A DNA stretch of 55,024 nt, counting the filler, from Sphacelaria rigidula (Eukaryota): assembly GCA_964200075.2 (NCBI GenBank). It is 4 parts of 4 records of this genome, joined end to end, with 100 filler letters (N's around TTAATTAATTAA, not from the genome) between each part and the next. Parts side by side here need not be neighbours in the genome. Positions count along the whole stretch, not along the records: positions 1 to 13,685 come from CAXNAA020002724.1; positions 13,786 to 27,466 come from CAXNAA020002725.1; 2 more parts are not named here. One strand, given 5' to 3'. Under the pieces are notes generated by a model. That model did no database searches and had not been told where the DNA came from. It worked only from the letters and a program-made list of their open reading frames with translations. How positions within the stretch are numbered: the stretch's first letter is position 1; every line of letters begins with the position of its first letter. Positions 13,319-24,800 of this stretch are shown here, one piece after another. A program made the translations under genes and the position numbers.

Positions 13319-13685
13319 ATCTCCCCGCCCCCCGCCCCAGACCCTGCATCCTTCTTTTCCTCCATATGTGCATGTGTGTGTAGTGTGTTCTGTCTGTAGT
13401 CTGTAGTCTGTAGTGTGTGCGTGTGTGTGCGGACTGCTGTATATTATATTTTGCTGCTGTGCAGCTGCAGATGAGAAGATGAGAAGGTCCGAGAGTCCGC
13501 GACGCAGCAACGAACGCGCGCGCTGGGGTTTCGTACACAGAATGACTGCCTAGCGGTAATGCCGAAAAGAAGGGTCTTGGATAGGGAGAAGAAAATATGC
13601 GAAAGGACACGTTACACGTTGCCTGTGACCACGGAAGGCGTCCGCATAAGATGCCCAGTACCAATGTACCGCGCAGATATCGGAA

Positions 13686-13785
13686 NNNNNNNNNNNNNNN
13701 NNNNNNNNNNNNNNNNNNNNNNNNNNNNNTTAATTAATTAANNNNNNNNNNNNNNNNNNNNNNNNNNNNNNNNNNNNNNNNNNNN
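13686..13785. other. Artificial 100-bp contig spacer (N44-TTAATTAATTAA-N44)
   Basis: N-run with a six-frame stop linker; identical spacers at 27467-27566 and 41246-41345. Confidence 0.97.
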
Positions 13786-13984
13786 CCTGGTGGCTATGTT
13801 TGGAGTTGACTGCTGGGGACCCCAGTGTACACACTCTTGGAATGAGTGGGGGAGACGAGTAACTCTAGGATACGGCGAGAGTGACAACTTTAGAGATCCT
13901 GATTGCAGTCGATAGAGCGCTGGCAAGGGGAGTCGCCCTCTTCGGGGTGAAAGTGACGGGGATCAAACCCCCACGACTAACTTT

Positions 13985-14074
13985 TGTGACGGTTTAAGAG
14001 ACAACCAAGTAGACTACTGACCAGTCAGCGCTGACTGGTCAGTAGTCTACTTGGTTATCTCTTAAACCGTCACA
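13985..14074. repeat. 90-bp near-perfect palindrome (45-bp arms, no spacer, 1 mismatch)
   Basis: TGTGACGGTTTAAGAGACAACCAAGTAGACTACTGACCAGTCAGC|GCTGACTGGTCAGTAGTCTACTTGGTTATCTCTTAAACCGTCACA. Confidence 0.95.
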
Positions 14075-14185
14075 CGCCCTAGTTGGGCGTGAGATCTCGA
14101 CCACGAGCCCCATGGAAGCAAGATACAAACCACTGCTGCTGTGTAACAGCGAGACTTGAGGGTAGAAAAATAAAGGCGGGAAAGA

Positions 14186-14191
<6 letters not shown>

Positions 14192-14229
<38 letters not shown>
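14192..14229. repeat. (GA)n microsatellite
   Basis: Directly visible. Confidence 0.95.
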
Positions 14230-14232
<3 letters not shown>

Positions 14233-14612
14233 AAGAAGAAAAAATATTCGGAAGCGATGGAACCCGAGAACATACCCTCGAGATATTAAATTACACAAGG
14301 GGGGTCATGTCGATGGTGATGATGACAATCGTGCCTTCGGCGTAGTTCTACTTCCTCTTGTTCCCAAGCAGTTTGGCGCTACGCTGGTGAATTTGGAGGT
14401 ATGTCGGCCACGGAAACCGAAGAAAGAGTGATGAAAATACACAAGACGGCACTGGTGCAGCCAACCCCTTGCACCTGCTACTACCTCACTCTCTGCACTA
14501 CATTAAACGTCTTGAAGGCAAGTGGTAGTCCACGTCTCTTCCAATTTTCCGTTGTTTTAGCTACCCCCGTTGACGCGGGACAAATGAACGCTCGCGCCGT
14601 CATAACCCGCAG

Positions 14613-17600
14613 GCGACTCCCACGGGCGAAGGCGGCGGCAGCGTCAGCGGCAACCGACCAATCCTCGGCACGCCGTCTCCCACCGGCACCACAGCCGCCG
14701 GAGGCGCCCGTGTCTGGTCCGACCGCCGGTCACTGTTGTCCCCCGCCGATTTTCTACTCTCGAGGGCATCATCTGAAGCTGCCGCTACCGCTGGCACTGC
14801 AGGTGGCGGTGGCGGCGACCCGGGGGGGTTCGAGATGGAAGGAGCGGAGGGCGTCGGTGGCGGGGTTATCGGTTTGGGCTCCAGACTGCTGCCCCCCTCC
14901 GCGCCGACGGCACTCCCTCTGCCGATAGACCAGCGGCGCTTGCTGCGGTTGGTGATAACGCTGGCGCTTGACCGCCTGCAGCATTTGGACCCGTGCGATC
15001 TGTTTGCGGAGCCGGTGTACGGGGTGGTAGGGTACGCGGAGCGGATCCAGTTTCCGATCGACTTCGCGACCATCCGTAGACGGGCGCAGTGGGAGGTGTA
15101 CGGTTCGCTTACGGACCTGGCGTTGGATGTGGAGCTGTTGTGCGCGAACGCGCGGACGTTCAATGGCCCGGAGTCAATCTACGGCCAAGCGGCCACGTGA
15201 GTTTTGTCTTTCTTGCTGCCTGTGTATGTTTCAACCTATTTGTTTTGCTTCGTCTCGTTGGTCGTTTCTTGTTTTTTTTTTTATCGTCTATCGGTTGATA
15301 TGGCATGCGGCACGCTCGTAATTTGGATCCTTATTCTCCGAAGGACACGTTTTTCCTCGGTTGGGAAAACTGATGCGTCAAGACATTTCAGATATCGTCT
15401 GCGTTCGATGATGTTGGTTCTGGCATGTGTTTCGTGGCCGAGGCGCGTCGCTTGAATAGTTTTCACGAACACGGCTCGACAACACCCGACATGTGCCGCG
15501 GGCAGCCACGGGCGGGTCCTTGCCCTTCACCTTTGAACGCTCAAAATTATACAGCATCGGGTTCTCGATTCTTACCCACTCCGGACTCAATGGATTAAGC
15601 TGTGCTTTTTCACTTCTCACCGACGCCAACGCACGTACACGCTATACTAAACATATACAAATGCAGCACCGTCTTGGAGGGAGCCAACCGCCTGTGGCCT
15701 CAGGCCCAACACTTACTCGACTGCCTCACTTCGGCAGAAATTGCCGCGGCGGCCCACAATCTCCGCGGTCCTGCCGCATCTACAGACGCGTGGCCTTTAG
15801 ATGGACATATGGCACCCTTTCAGGTCACGGCCGCGAACGAAGACGCGTACTACATGCACATCGCGATACGCCGGACGGCTGCTGCATCTCGCGCGGAGGC
15901 CGCGGCACTGGCGCCCCGCCAGCCCTCGCCGGCGCCGACAACACCCCAGTCGCCGGCAGAGACGACGGCAGCGGCAGCAGCAGCAGCGGGGGGTGGTGCA
16001 AAAAGTGGGAAAAAAACGAAGAAGAAGAAAAACGGGGGTACTGCGGTTACGGGTAAAGGACAGGTTGAAGGGGAAGGGGCTGAAGGGGGCAGTAATCGAA
16101 ACACGGGGGGTGGGGTAGAAGCGGGAGTAGGGGGAGCGGGGAAGGGTGGGGACGAAAACGCCGGGGATACGGGGAAGGAGAGTGATTACGGTGATGCCGA
16201 TGGAGGCGGTGCTGGTCGGAGGGAGGGAGTGGATGCAAAGGAAGTGGCGAGGGTGGCGGCTTACGTTGCATCGAGTGCGACGTTGCTGTATTCTCGCGGC
16301 GAGCTGGGGGAGGAGGAGGCGTTGCTGAGGGACTCTCTGTCGGCCTGGAACGCTCACCGCAAGGAGGAGGCCCTCAGGTGAATGCGAACAGCCGCTTCGA
16401 GCGACAGCAAAGACCGTAAGCTGAAGCGTCAGGAGTATGAAGCGACATCATGTGGATGCCGGCATCGTGTGCAATTTTTGTCCCCAAACAATGATTTCCA
16501 TCGCACGCACAGTGTACTGTGGCAGGTCTTGTCTACGATATGTTGCCCATGGTTCCTATCAATATTCCTCATCCATGATGTGCGCCGTGGTGCGGCGGGG
16601 TTCAACATATACAGCGCCCTTTCTCCACAAGAATAATCTTGTCGTGAGTCATCATCAAGACGTCAAATCTTCGTTGAGCTCTGTGCAGACATCCCGCAGA
16701 TTGTGACTAAAACATTATTCCAGTTTGTTCATACTCGTCTGGACTCCTCGTCGACGCCGTGATGATTTCAAGTACTCCACCGTATCAAGCACGTCAAGAT
16801 GGTGTCCCCTGGGTCGGAGGTCACTCCCTCCCACGAACCCACACGCACAACTCATAATATCCTTACCCCCCACCCCACCTGTTACCCACTAATCTCCCTT
16901 GCCCTGCGGCTCCAACAAAACAGCGGACGAGCCTTCAGCGCTCGGTGCAACCCCATCGATTTGACTATCTTACGTAGGACCAAGGCCCAAACCACTCAGG
17001 TGCTCCCGACCCCCGTGTCCCGAAGCGTAGCGGCGCCGGATGAAGAATATCTCGGACTGTCTACCGACAGTCGGCAGCCGGGACCGCTGGGCCCAATCCC
17101 GAGGCTGAAGGAGGATGGTGCGTCGTCGAAGGGATACATCTACATCCCTTCTGTTGTGCCGGAGTTCAGGGTGCATCAAGCGGCGCTGTATTCGAACGGA
17201 CGTACCGGGGAGGAAAGAATGCGTCACGAGAGGATTTTCCTCAAGTGTTTCCAGACGGTGCGGGAGCACGCAGTCGCGAGGTTCAGAGTGAGGAAGTCGC
17301 CTATTCAGGTGTGTGTGTGTGAGGGAGAGAGAGTACGCTTGCGTGGCTTCGCTTGTGTTTATCATACTGCAGTGGGTGTACTGTTGGAATGAAGCAGGTC
17401 GCTGCCTAGGCCGCACCTGACACGGGCTGTGGTGATCCGTGGGTGAGGTTGTAGTGTGTTTGATATTCGATGCGAAAGCATCATTTGGTGCTGCCTCGCA
17501 CCTTCAGTCTGCCGCGGTAGATTCGAGAGGGAACGGACAATGGAAAGACCAGATACCGCAATAAAAAACCCCAAAAAAGATAATTATGTGTGCTTTTAGT

Positions 17601-18700
17601 CGGCGTTATTGCTGCTTCGGGTGCAATAACCCTATGGTTGTCCTTGTAAGCTGTGTTCAATCGTTCCTGACCAACGTGTCTAACTTGTACTTAATTTTTC
17701 AACTAAGCATGATTTGCTCTTCAGTTTGTTCTCAAACAACCCCCCCCCCCCGGTGCTCCGTTTCGAAAGGGATGCGTGGTCAATGGTCAAACGACTAAGG
17801 CAAGCAACAAATGAGCACGCCCCCCCCCCCCGTTGCTCCGTCTCGAAAGGGATGCGTGGTCAATGGTCAAGCGACCAAGGCAAGCAGCCAATGAGTACAT
17901 CACACCCCCCCCCGGTTTCCCCCTGCCCTGTCCCGTCGAATGGTCTTGCCTGTCCCACCAAACACTGACAGGGATTGGGTGTCTTCGTGGCCAAGCCGAT
18001 TAAGGCTCACGAGTTGGTCGCCGAGTACATCGGCGAGCGCCTTGGATTATTTGTGGCCCGGCGACGAGCGGCAGCATACCGTCGGAGCAATAGGCCGGTC
18101 AGTACCTGCTCTGAGCTCGTACGCGTGCTGATCTGTGCATACCTTCTTTTGTAGAATATTGATGTTCCTGTGATTGTTCATCTAAAAGTTGCCCTGCTCG
18201 CACTCCCCGTGTCATCCTGCCGCCGTTGTCACATCCCTTTAAAAAAAACTTTGTTCCCTTTTTTTGTTTCTCTTTCTCCTTCTCTTTCTCTTTTCTTTCC
18301 TTCTTTTCCCGTTCGTTCTACTTTTTTCCTCTTTTTTTTTCCTTCTTCAGCACTACATGGTCCGTGTGGACGACGAGACGTTCCTGGATGCCACGCGCAA
18401 GGGAAACGTGACGCGGTTCATGAATCACTCGTGCGTGCCGAACTGCTACATTAAGACGGTGAGTGTTGAAGCGCAAAAGGACTTACTCGTGCAGTGTTCT
18501 CGCCCACAGTAGCTAGCGTATCGATACCTCACAGAGGTGTTCCAACATATCTCGGCATAAGAGTCCCGGGCGCTGGACCGCCCGGTGTGCGTCTGCGACG
18601 GTGGCTCATCTAGGCTGTTCCTTCGAGCTCGTTGTATCGCACTCATACCCTAGATTATTTGGTGGTTCCCACTTGATATCAACAATATAATAATAATAAC

Positions 18701-18768
<68 letters not shown>

Positions 18769-19679
18769 CGAAGTATATGAATACATAAATGTTTGTTTGA
18801 GGATGAATGGAGTGGGAATGTTTGTTTGGATTGGAAATTATTTTCATTTTTTGGACAAGGGGAACACAATATATCGCAACTTCGGGAGTCTGATCAAATG
18901 TGTGTTTCGTATCCACACATACTCGTATAGACATTGTCTTCGGTGTGTGGATATACAATAATGTTTTTCGTCACCTCGCCCCTCTTATACGTACCGAGTG
19001 CATGGTGTTTTTACTCCCACAAACGTATCCGCATTGTGTGCTTCGCTGTAGTAGTACGGGATGTTTGTCTCTGGGTCGCTATGGGAAGAGAAACGATTTT
19101 ATACAAAGTGGTTGCGTGAGTCGCAGGCATTATATCTGTACGTGTGGTGACATTTGCCAGAAACCGCAATGATACCTGAGCCCGAGGTTCACGCGAGATA
19201 AAACTCCACCCCGCTGCACCGTAGAGCTCTACTTCCACCTAAGGACATCGTTGTTGGTGGTTATTTAATCACAAAATTCAGTCTTGATGTATGAAAACCA
19301 CGTATACATGTCAACAATGGATGCAACGACACACGGCCCAAAGTCAACGACTGAGTTGCAAGCATCGTCATCATCGTTCAGGCCGGCCATTCGCATCTTC
19401 ATGTATATATATATATATATATTATATATGTATGTAAAGTCCCCCATTGCCCTGCCTTCCCTTTCCTTTCACCATTCCTGTCTAAACCGGCCACAGGTGA
19501 AAGGCTTGAGTGACAGTCGCGTCTGCATTTTTTCCTTGCAGGATATCCTCGTAGGCCAAGAGGTCACTTACGCGTACCCCCCGCCGCACACCGTCGGCCT
19601 AGGTGTGGTTACTGCGCCGACATGCCTGTGCCGTGCCTCGGGGTGCCGGGGTAGAATGTGTATCCGCGAGCAGTTGTGA
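14613..19679 (+). CDS. Bromodomain + SET + post-SET histone-lysine N-methyltransferase (Set1/Trithorax-like); probably 5'-partial
   Basis: Exons 14613-15196, 15667-16377, 16924-17308, 17972-18097, 18351-18458, 19497-19679; all GT-AG, phases consistent, 2097 nt = 698 aa + stop. Bromodomain: LDRLQHLDPCDLFAEPVYGVVGYAERIQFPIDFATIRRR...YGSLTDLALDVELLCANARTFNGPESIYGQAATTVLE. SET: KSPIQ|GLGVFVAKPIKAHELVAEYIGE...HYMVRVDDETFLDATRKGNVTRFMNHSCVPNCY...IFSLQDILVGQEVTYAY. Post-SET: CLCRASGCRG. The acceptor at 14612 is inferred; an in-frame Met exists in FEMEG (about 14835). Confidence 0.9.
17734..17912 (+). repeat. Intronic ~80-bp repeat, two tandem copies; third copy at 26171-26270
   Basis: CCGT(T/C)TCGAAAGG(G/A)ATGCGTGGTCAATGGTC...GGCAAGCA in SET-gene intron 3 (twice) and FKBP12 intron 2. 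Confidence 0.85.
18686..18766. repeat. (TAA)n microsatellite
   Basis: Long AAT run in the last intron of the SET gene. Confidence 0.95.
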
Positions 19680-20149
19680 GAGAGTACCGTGTGGCCTTAT
19701 GAAGCGACGCAATTTTATTTTTTCGGCCTCCTTGGTTGGGCAATTTTTGGTCTTCATGTCTCCTGTGTGTTTGGCGGTGGTTTTTGCTTCTACAACTCTT
19801 GCTTTTGTGCACACGCGATATTTTGGTCATGAGGTGAACAGGGTGCTTGCTTGGTCTAGAGCTAGTTGTGACATGTGTTTTCGATGTTCGCGTTTTTTCG
19901 GTGTAGATCATGATATTTGGTACTGAGTGAGGGGCTCCGGCTACATACTCTTCATGTTCGCGGAATCGAACAGGTGTGGCGAAACACGGCTGACCAAATT
20001 GGTGGGACTGATTAGAACGAGCCTCGAGATATCATTTGGTGGTCGTGTCCGCTGAAAATCAGTACGGTGAAAGATAGGTGGAGCAAGTGTAGGGTTGGGA
20101 GGGGTTCATTTCCACCGACATTCGTACTACAGGATTGTTGGATACGATA

Positions 20150-20470
20150 ATCATGAGGTACAAGACGTGTTCGCTGCATCCGGCCCACCCTGTAGGCAGT
20201 AGGGTACGTGATTTTTCAATGGCATAGATGACCTCCCTGATTTTTGTGCATGATATATCCCTCTGCACGAATTACGTTCATGCAGTCTGCGTATTCAGCT
20301 GCAAGGCATCCTTTGCACGAGTTCAATCGTCCCAGACGACAGATACTTTGTCACCATGTAGATATGATTGAGCACGGCCAGTGCGATTATCGTGATGCGC
20401 GCACCTGTATCATGGTATGTGTTTAGGTGAGGTGATCGACCGTTTATTGGCTAGGTTGGTTCGAGGTGCA
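20150..20470 (-). mobile_element. Short retroelement relic (retropepsin-like and RNase H-like fragments)
   Basis: The minus strand reads PINGRSPHLNTYHDTGARITII (DTG aspartic protease context) at about 20450-20385 and EVIYAIEKSRTLL (cf. LAVVYALEKFR.YL) at about 20240-20200. The fragments are short and collapsed together. Confidence 0.35.
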
Positions 20471-20681
20471 GAGACTACACAAGATTCGATTGGCACAGAG
20501 GGAGCGGAAGAGGTACTCGCAGTTGTCTGGTACGTGAAAACAAGATTCGGGCGAGGAATCTGATTGATCCTCGATCGACGAGTGAGGTCATTCATCCTTG
20601 GTCACGACGTCATCCTTGACCACATGTATCTGGTTCTCGCGTTTTGGGTTGATGGCGTATTGGTGACTTGCAGACGCATAC

Positions 20682-20719
<38 letters not shown>

Positions 20720-21029
20720 TATTATTCGGTGATTAGCTTTGTGTGGAAATATCGTCAAGACATCATACAACAATGCTATAGTAGCGGAATATATGCCGGG
20801 GTGGTGCAATTTTACGATGCACCTTTTTTTGTCGATCATGAGGTGTGTTTCGTTACAGGTGCGATTAAATCTATGCGCTCGTTGGTGTGGAGCGTGAAGT
20901 GCCCGAGCCTATCTTTGATTGATCTATATTGCAGAAGAATCGATGCGCTGCTGAGAATGTCCCACCGATGGCCAGAGGAGTGAGTATTTTGAGAGTGTGA
21001 TGTCGAGATAGACAAACAAAAAAACAAAC

Positions 21030-21079
<50 letters not shown>

Positions 21080-21894
21080 CAANNNAAAAACCCACGGCCG
21101 GGGCGAAAGTCCCCCCCCGGGGCCGCGGGGGGGGTTTTTTTGGGGTTTTGTGGGCCCCCCTCCCCCCCCCCCCCCCCCCCCCCCAAACCAGCCCCAAACC
21201 AGCCTCAGGACTGGATTACTTCATTCAGACCGCTCTGGGCACGGATATCGTACGCCGGTGTGGAGTGAAAGCGGTGCCCGTGCCGCCCGCTCAAAGATTA
21301 TGGGTACTAAAAGCATGCGGTGTGTGCTTGGTTGAAAATCTCCTTCACTTTGCGCCAATCCTTGCTCTAGATGAACGCGACACTCTGCGCCGTGAGAATT
21401 ACGTTGTTTGTTGTTTGACTGTCTTGGACACAAGCGACCCTGAATGATGAAACTTCCAATCCCTGATAATCATACCAATGTCAACACTCCGCGGTGTCTC
21501 AGTCCTTCCAACAGAAACAACATGCACATACAGTCACTATGCCGCACGACGGAATAGTTGCCGATAAATCGCGAAATTCTGCAACTGCCCTTTCCAAAAG
21601 AGCTCATTACCACTCAAGTGGTGCACCCGCTCCGCAACTCCCTTGTAAAAATGCAAAACTTCCATCACGTCTATTTACCTATCCGCTGCTTGCGGGTTGG
21701 ACATGTGTCTCTCAATGATCTTGGTCGTTTTTCGTAGGCGACCCCAAAGGAGTTAAGCGTATTTGAAAGGTGACCGGTTCCCCCGCTGTTTTCGCTGGTA
21801 GGGTGTTGTACAATTGTACGTTGTACCGTATTATGGTGTACAGTACAGCCTCTACTGTACTGCTACAGTAGTGTCAGCGAGCCACACGCAGCAC

Positions 21895-24800
21895 ATGTCG
21901 AGGCGATCCGTTCAGGTGGAGATATTCGCCGCAGGCGATGGTATTAACTACCCCCAGAAGGTGCGCTGGCTGCATAGGAGATACCTTGACCGCGTTGATG
22001 TAGGGTTAAGAGATTGATCCACTCGTTTTGGGATATCTTCCGAGTGTTTGAGCCACCTGGAACATACCACGTTGGGTGCAGATGTATACGACTTACCGAT
22101 CAGACCCTGCGCCATTGCCATTACATCAGGAACATGGTAACGATATCGATAGCTTGTGCAGGTTAGTACTCCCTTTGGTAGACGGCTGTACATGCACAAT
22201 ACAGGGAGTTTGATGCCAGTCCGAGTCATGTTCCAAAGCTGTTAAAATCTGCCCCTCCTTTCCAGCCGTTCCCTGTGGTGCTCGGGTGCGGCGTGAGTGA
22301 CCGTACAAATCAAAAGAGGCGGTTGAAATTCGCAGATGGAGCAGAGCGATATCATCCACATGTACCGCACACGGGTCATTCACCAACGAGCGGTGCCACA
22401 ATAGTCCCCCCCCTGCCCACCCCTCAAACCAGCTCCAACACTATCACGAAGAAAAAGGCCATACAGCGCATGACAGCTGGTTCCAGACTGCTTGAAGCGC
22501 CTCATACGAGCGACATTGGCGAAAATGATATCAAGCGTGGGAGCTCCGAGCTGCACGGTGTGCTTGGCTTCTATTATTTTGATTCACATGTAGATTTTGC
22601 CTTCTCAAACCACCTATAATAGAGTTACTTTTCTGGGGGCGGTTATGGCACAGCATCACGCCAATGCCGAGCTGTGGCATGCCTGATGATATTGGGGGGC
22701 TACGGCAACAGTCCCGCGGTTGAAATCAATTATATCAGCAGAGGGTGGGGTGATCGAGCTGCCAGCGACCAGAAATTGACATTTTTTTCGTTCTTCATGT
22801 AAAGATGTGCCGAGAGGAGAAAACTGCCTTTTTCAATAACCAAGTATTCCCACAGAGAAAGGCGAGCAAGACATGGATATGTTGTAGCTTAACCAACCTG
22901 GGTCTTTCCCGAGTCAAAATGACTCGATTTTTGTTGAAAAAACTGACTGATTTTTTCGGTGAATGACTCATCATTTTCAATATTTTCAGAGGAGAGAAAA
23001 ATCATCGGAAAATCCTCCTGTTCCTCTTCAGAACTCCCATCACGAAAAGCACAAAAAACCCGCCCAATAAACAAACCCCAACAAACAGCTGAGAGATCAG
23101 GGGAAGCACCTATACACGAAGACTGCAATATGAAGCCATGACAGGGTCTGTCATTCCTGTCTCTCCTCCATGCACGGCTGGCAGCAGCGTGTGATGAGGG
23201 TCACACGCCGCCAGCAGCAACTATCGCACCCACAATGGTGCGAAGAGCAATGCAACGGTAGGGGTGCACTTTTCCCGCAAAACCTTGTCCGGTTCATGGG
23301 CTCTTAACGGTTCTAGATTCACAAGGATTTGGGTCAGGACATCCCCGTTTGCAAATCAATTCGGGAAATCCCTAGCACATTGGAATACTAGTAATCCTGG
23401 CGTACTCTCAGCCGGTCGCCCCGGTGGCTCAGTTGGTAACCTCGTAGCCCTCTTATGGTTGAGTTGTGGGGTACGATTCCCGGAGCGATCTGGGATTTTT
23501 TCTTACACCATGCCCAACCGTGGAGAGCGACTATGTCGGGGGTACACAAAAAATTGACTCAACGGTCGACGAGGGAGAAGGACTGCTGAACCCCTCTCGC
23601 GATAAAANNNNNNNNNNCAACACACAAGACACACACACTCTCACATATTTCGTAAGTCGTGTTCTGGATGAGATGAAGGGCTCCTAACGATTTTAACCTC
23701 AGGAAATAGTTGTGCACCCCTACCGTAGCATCACTCTGAACATGGATTCGGCTAACACATTTCTTTGCATATATACTGCACCAAGATCGACTCTAATGGG
23801 AGCCGTTCAAAATTCCTGTTTAAAGCTTTTTGGCCCTTCTCCGTCGGGAGAGGCGGATATTGACGCCTTGGAATGACTTGCTCTACTCATTGAGACCGTT
23901 CCAGGGTAACGTTACACTGTAATGCGTGAGAGGACCGCATGCTTAGAGGACCGCATCGGAATTTGAACACCCCTATGGTTAGGGTTAGGGCTAGGGTTAT
24001 TGTTGGGGTTAGGTTCAGGGGCGTGGTACCTGCAGAGACTGACCCGATTGGTTTTGAAAAACGTCGATCCTGAGGTATTTTGAACTACGGCGCGATCCTC
24101 TAAGCACGCGGTCCTCTCACAAATTATAACACTTCCCGCTGGCCGCACTTTTGTTTCTGGCCGAACACGGATTTTCAATGAAAAACGGTCAAGCGATCAA
24201 AGTACTGCGGGAAATATCGATCACCTGACCGTTTTTTACTGATAATTTGTGTTTAGGCTGATTTGGTCAAACACAGAAGTGCGGCCAGCGGGAAACACAG
24301 AGTTGCCCTAGAACGGTGTCAGCGAGTAGAGCAAGTACTTCCAGGGCGTCAACACCCGCCTAGCCCTCTTTTCGAGCGTAAATTGACGGAGAAGGGTCCA
24401 AAATGCAGTTTTCGACAGGAATTCCGAGTGGCTCCCATTAGAGTTGGCCTGAGTGTACTGGACTGTGCGTGTTCTCTTGGTTTGACTCACAACCACTTCA
24501 TCGAGACACGTCGCTGCGGCCTTGACATATGGAGCTTGGTGTCACGTCTGTCGGTGGACGGGTTAGATACAGATGGACATATGTGGGGATTGTACTCTAC
24601 TCTACTGTGCTGTGTACTGTCCCGCGCTGTGCTCTTTTACCGCCTGACGTGTACCGAAGTGCGGGTTTGGTTCAACTTTTTCATTTTTTTTGCCGTACCA
24701 TCGTTATCAACGTTAGTATCCCATCGAGGCGATTTCCTGAAACCCTTTATTCCGCCCCGGGGGTGCAGATTCTCTTTTCAAACGTGGTCACGTAGACAGC

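Noticed and set aside
13063..13664. Poly-E, poly-R, poly-G and poly-P ORFs
   Set aside because: They are produced in every frame by the 24-bp CT minisatellite; no splice or homology support.
13730..13741. TTAATTAATTAA as a biological motif (also 27511-27522 and 41290-41301)
   Set aside because: Synthetic six-frame stop linker embedded in N spacers.
14600..17416. Long antisense ORFs (14600-15163, 15797-16357, 16970-17416)
   Set aside because: Shadow frames of the GC-rich exons of the bromo-SET gene.
21015..21195. Poly-A, poly-C and poly-G tracts (similar at 53345-53415)
   Set aside because: Homopolymer smear, next to Ns in the first case, typical of low-quality read ends; not interpretable.
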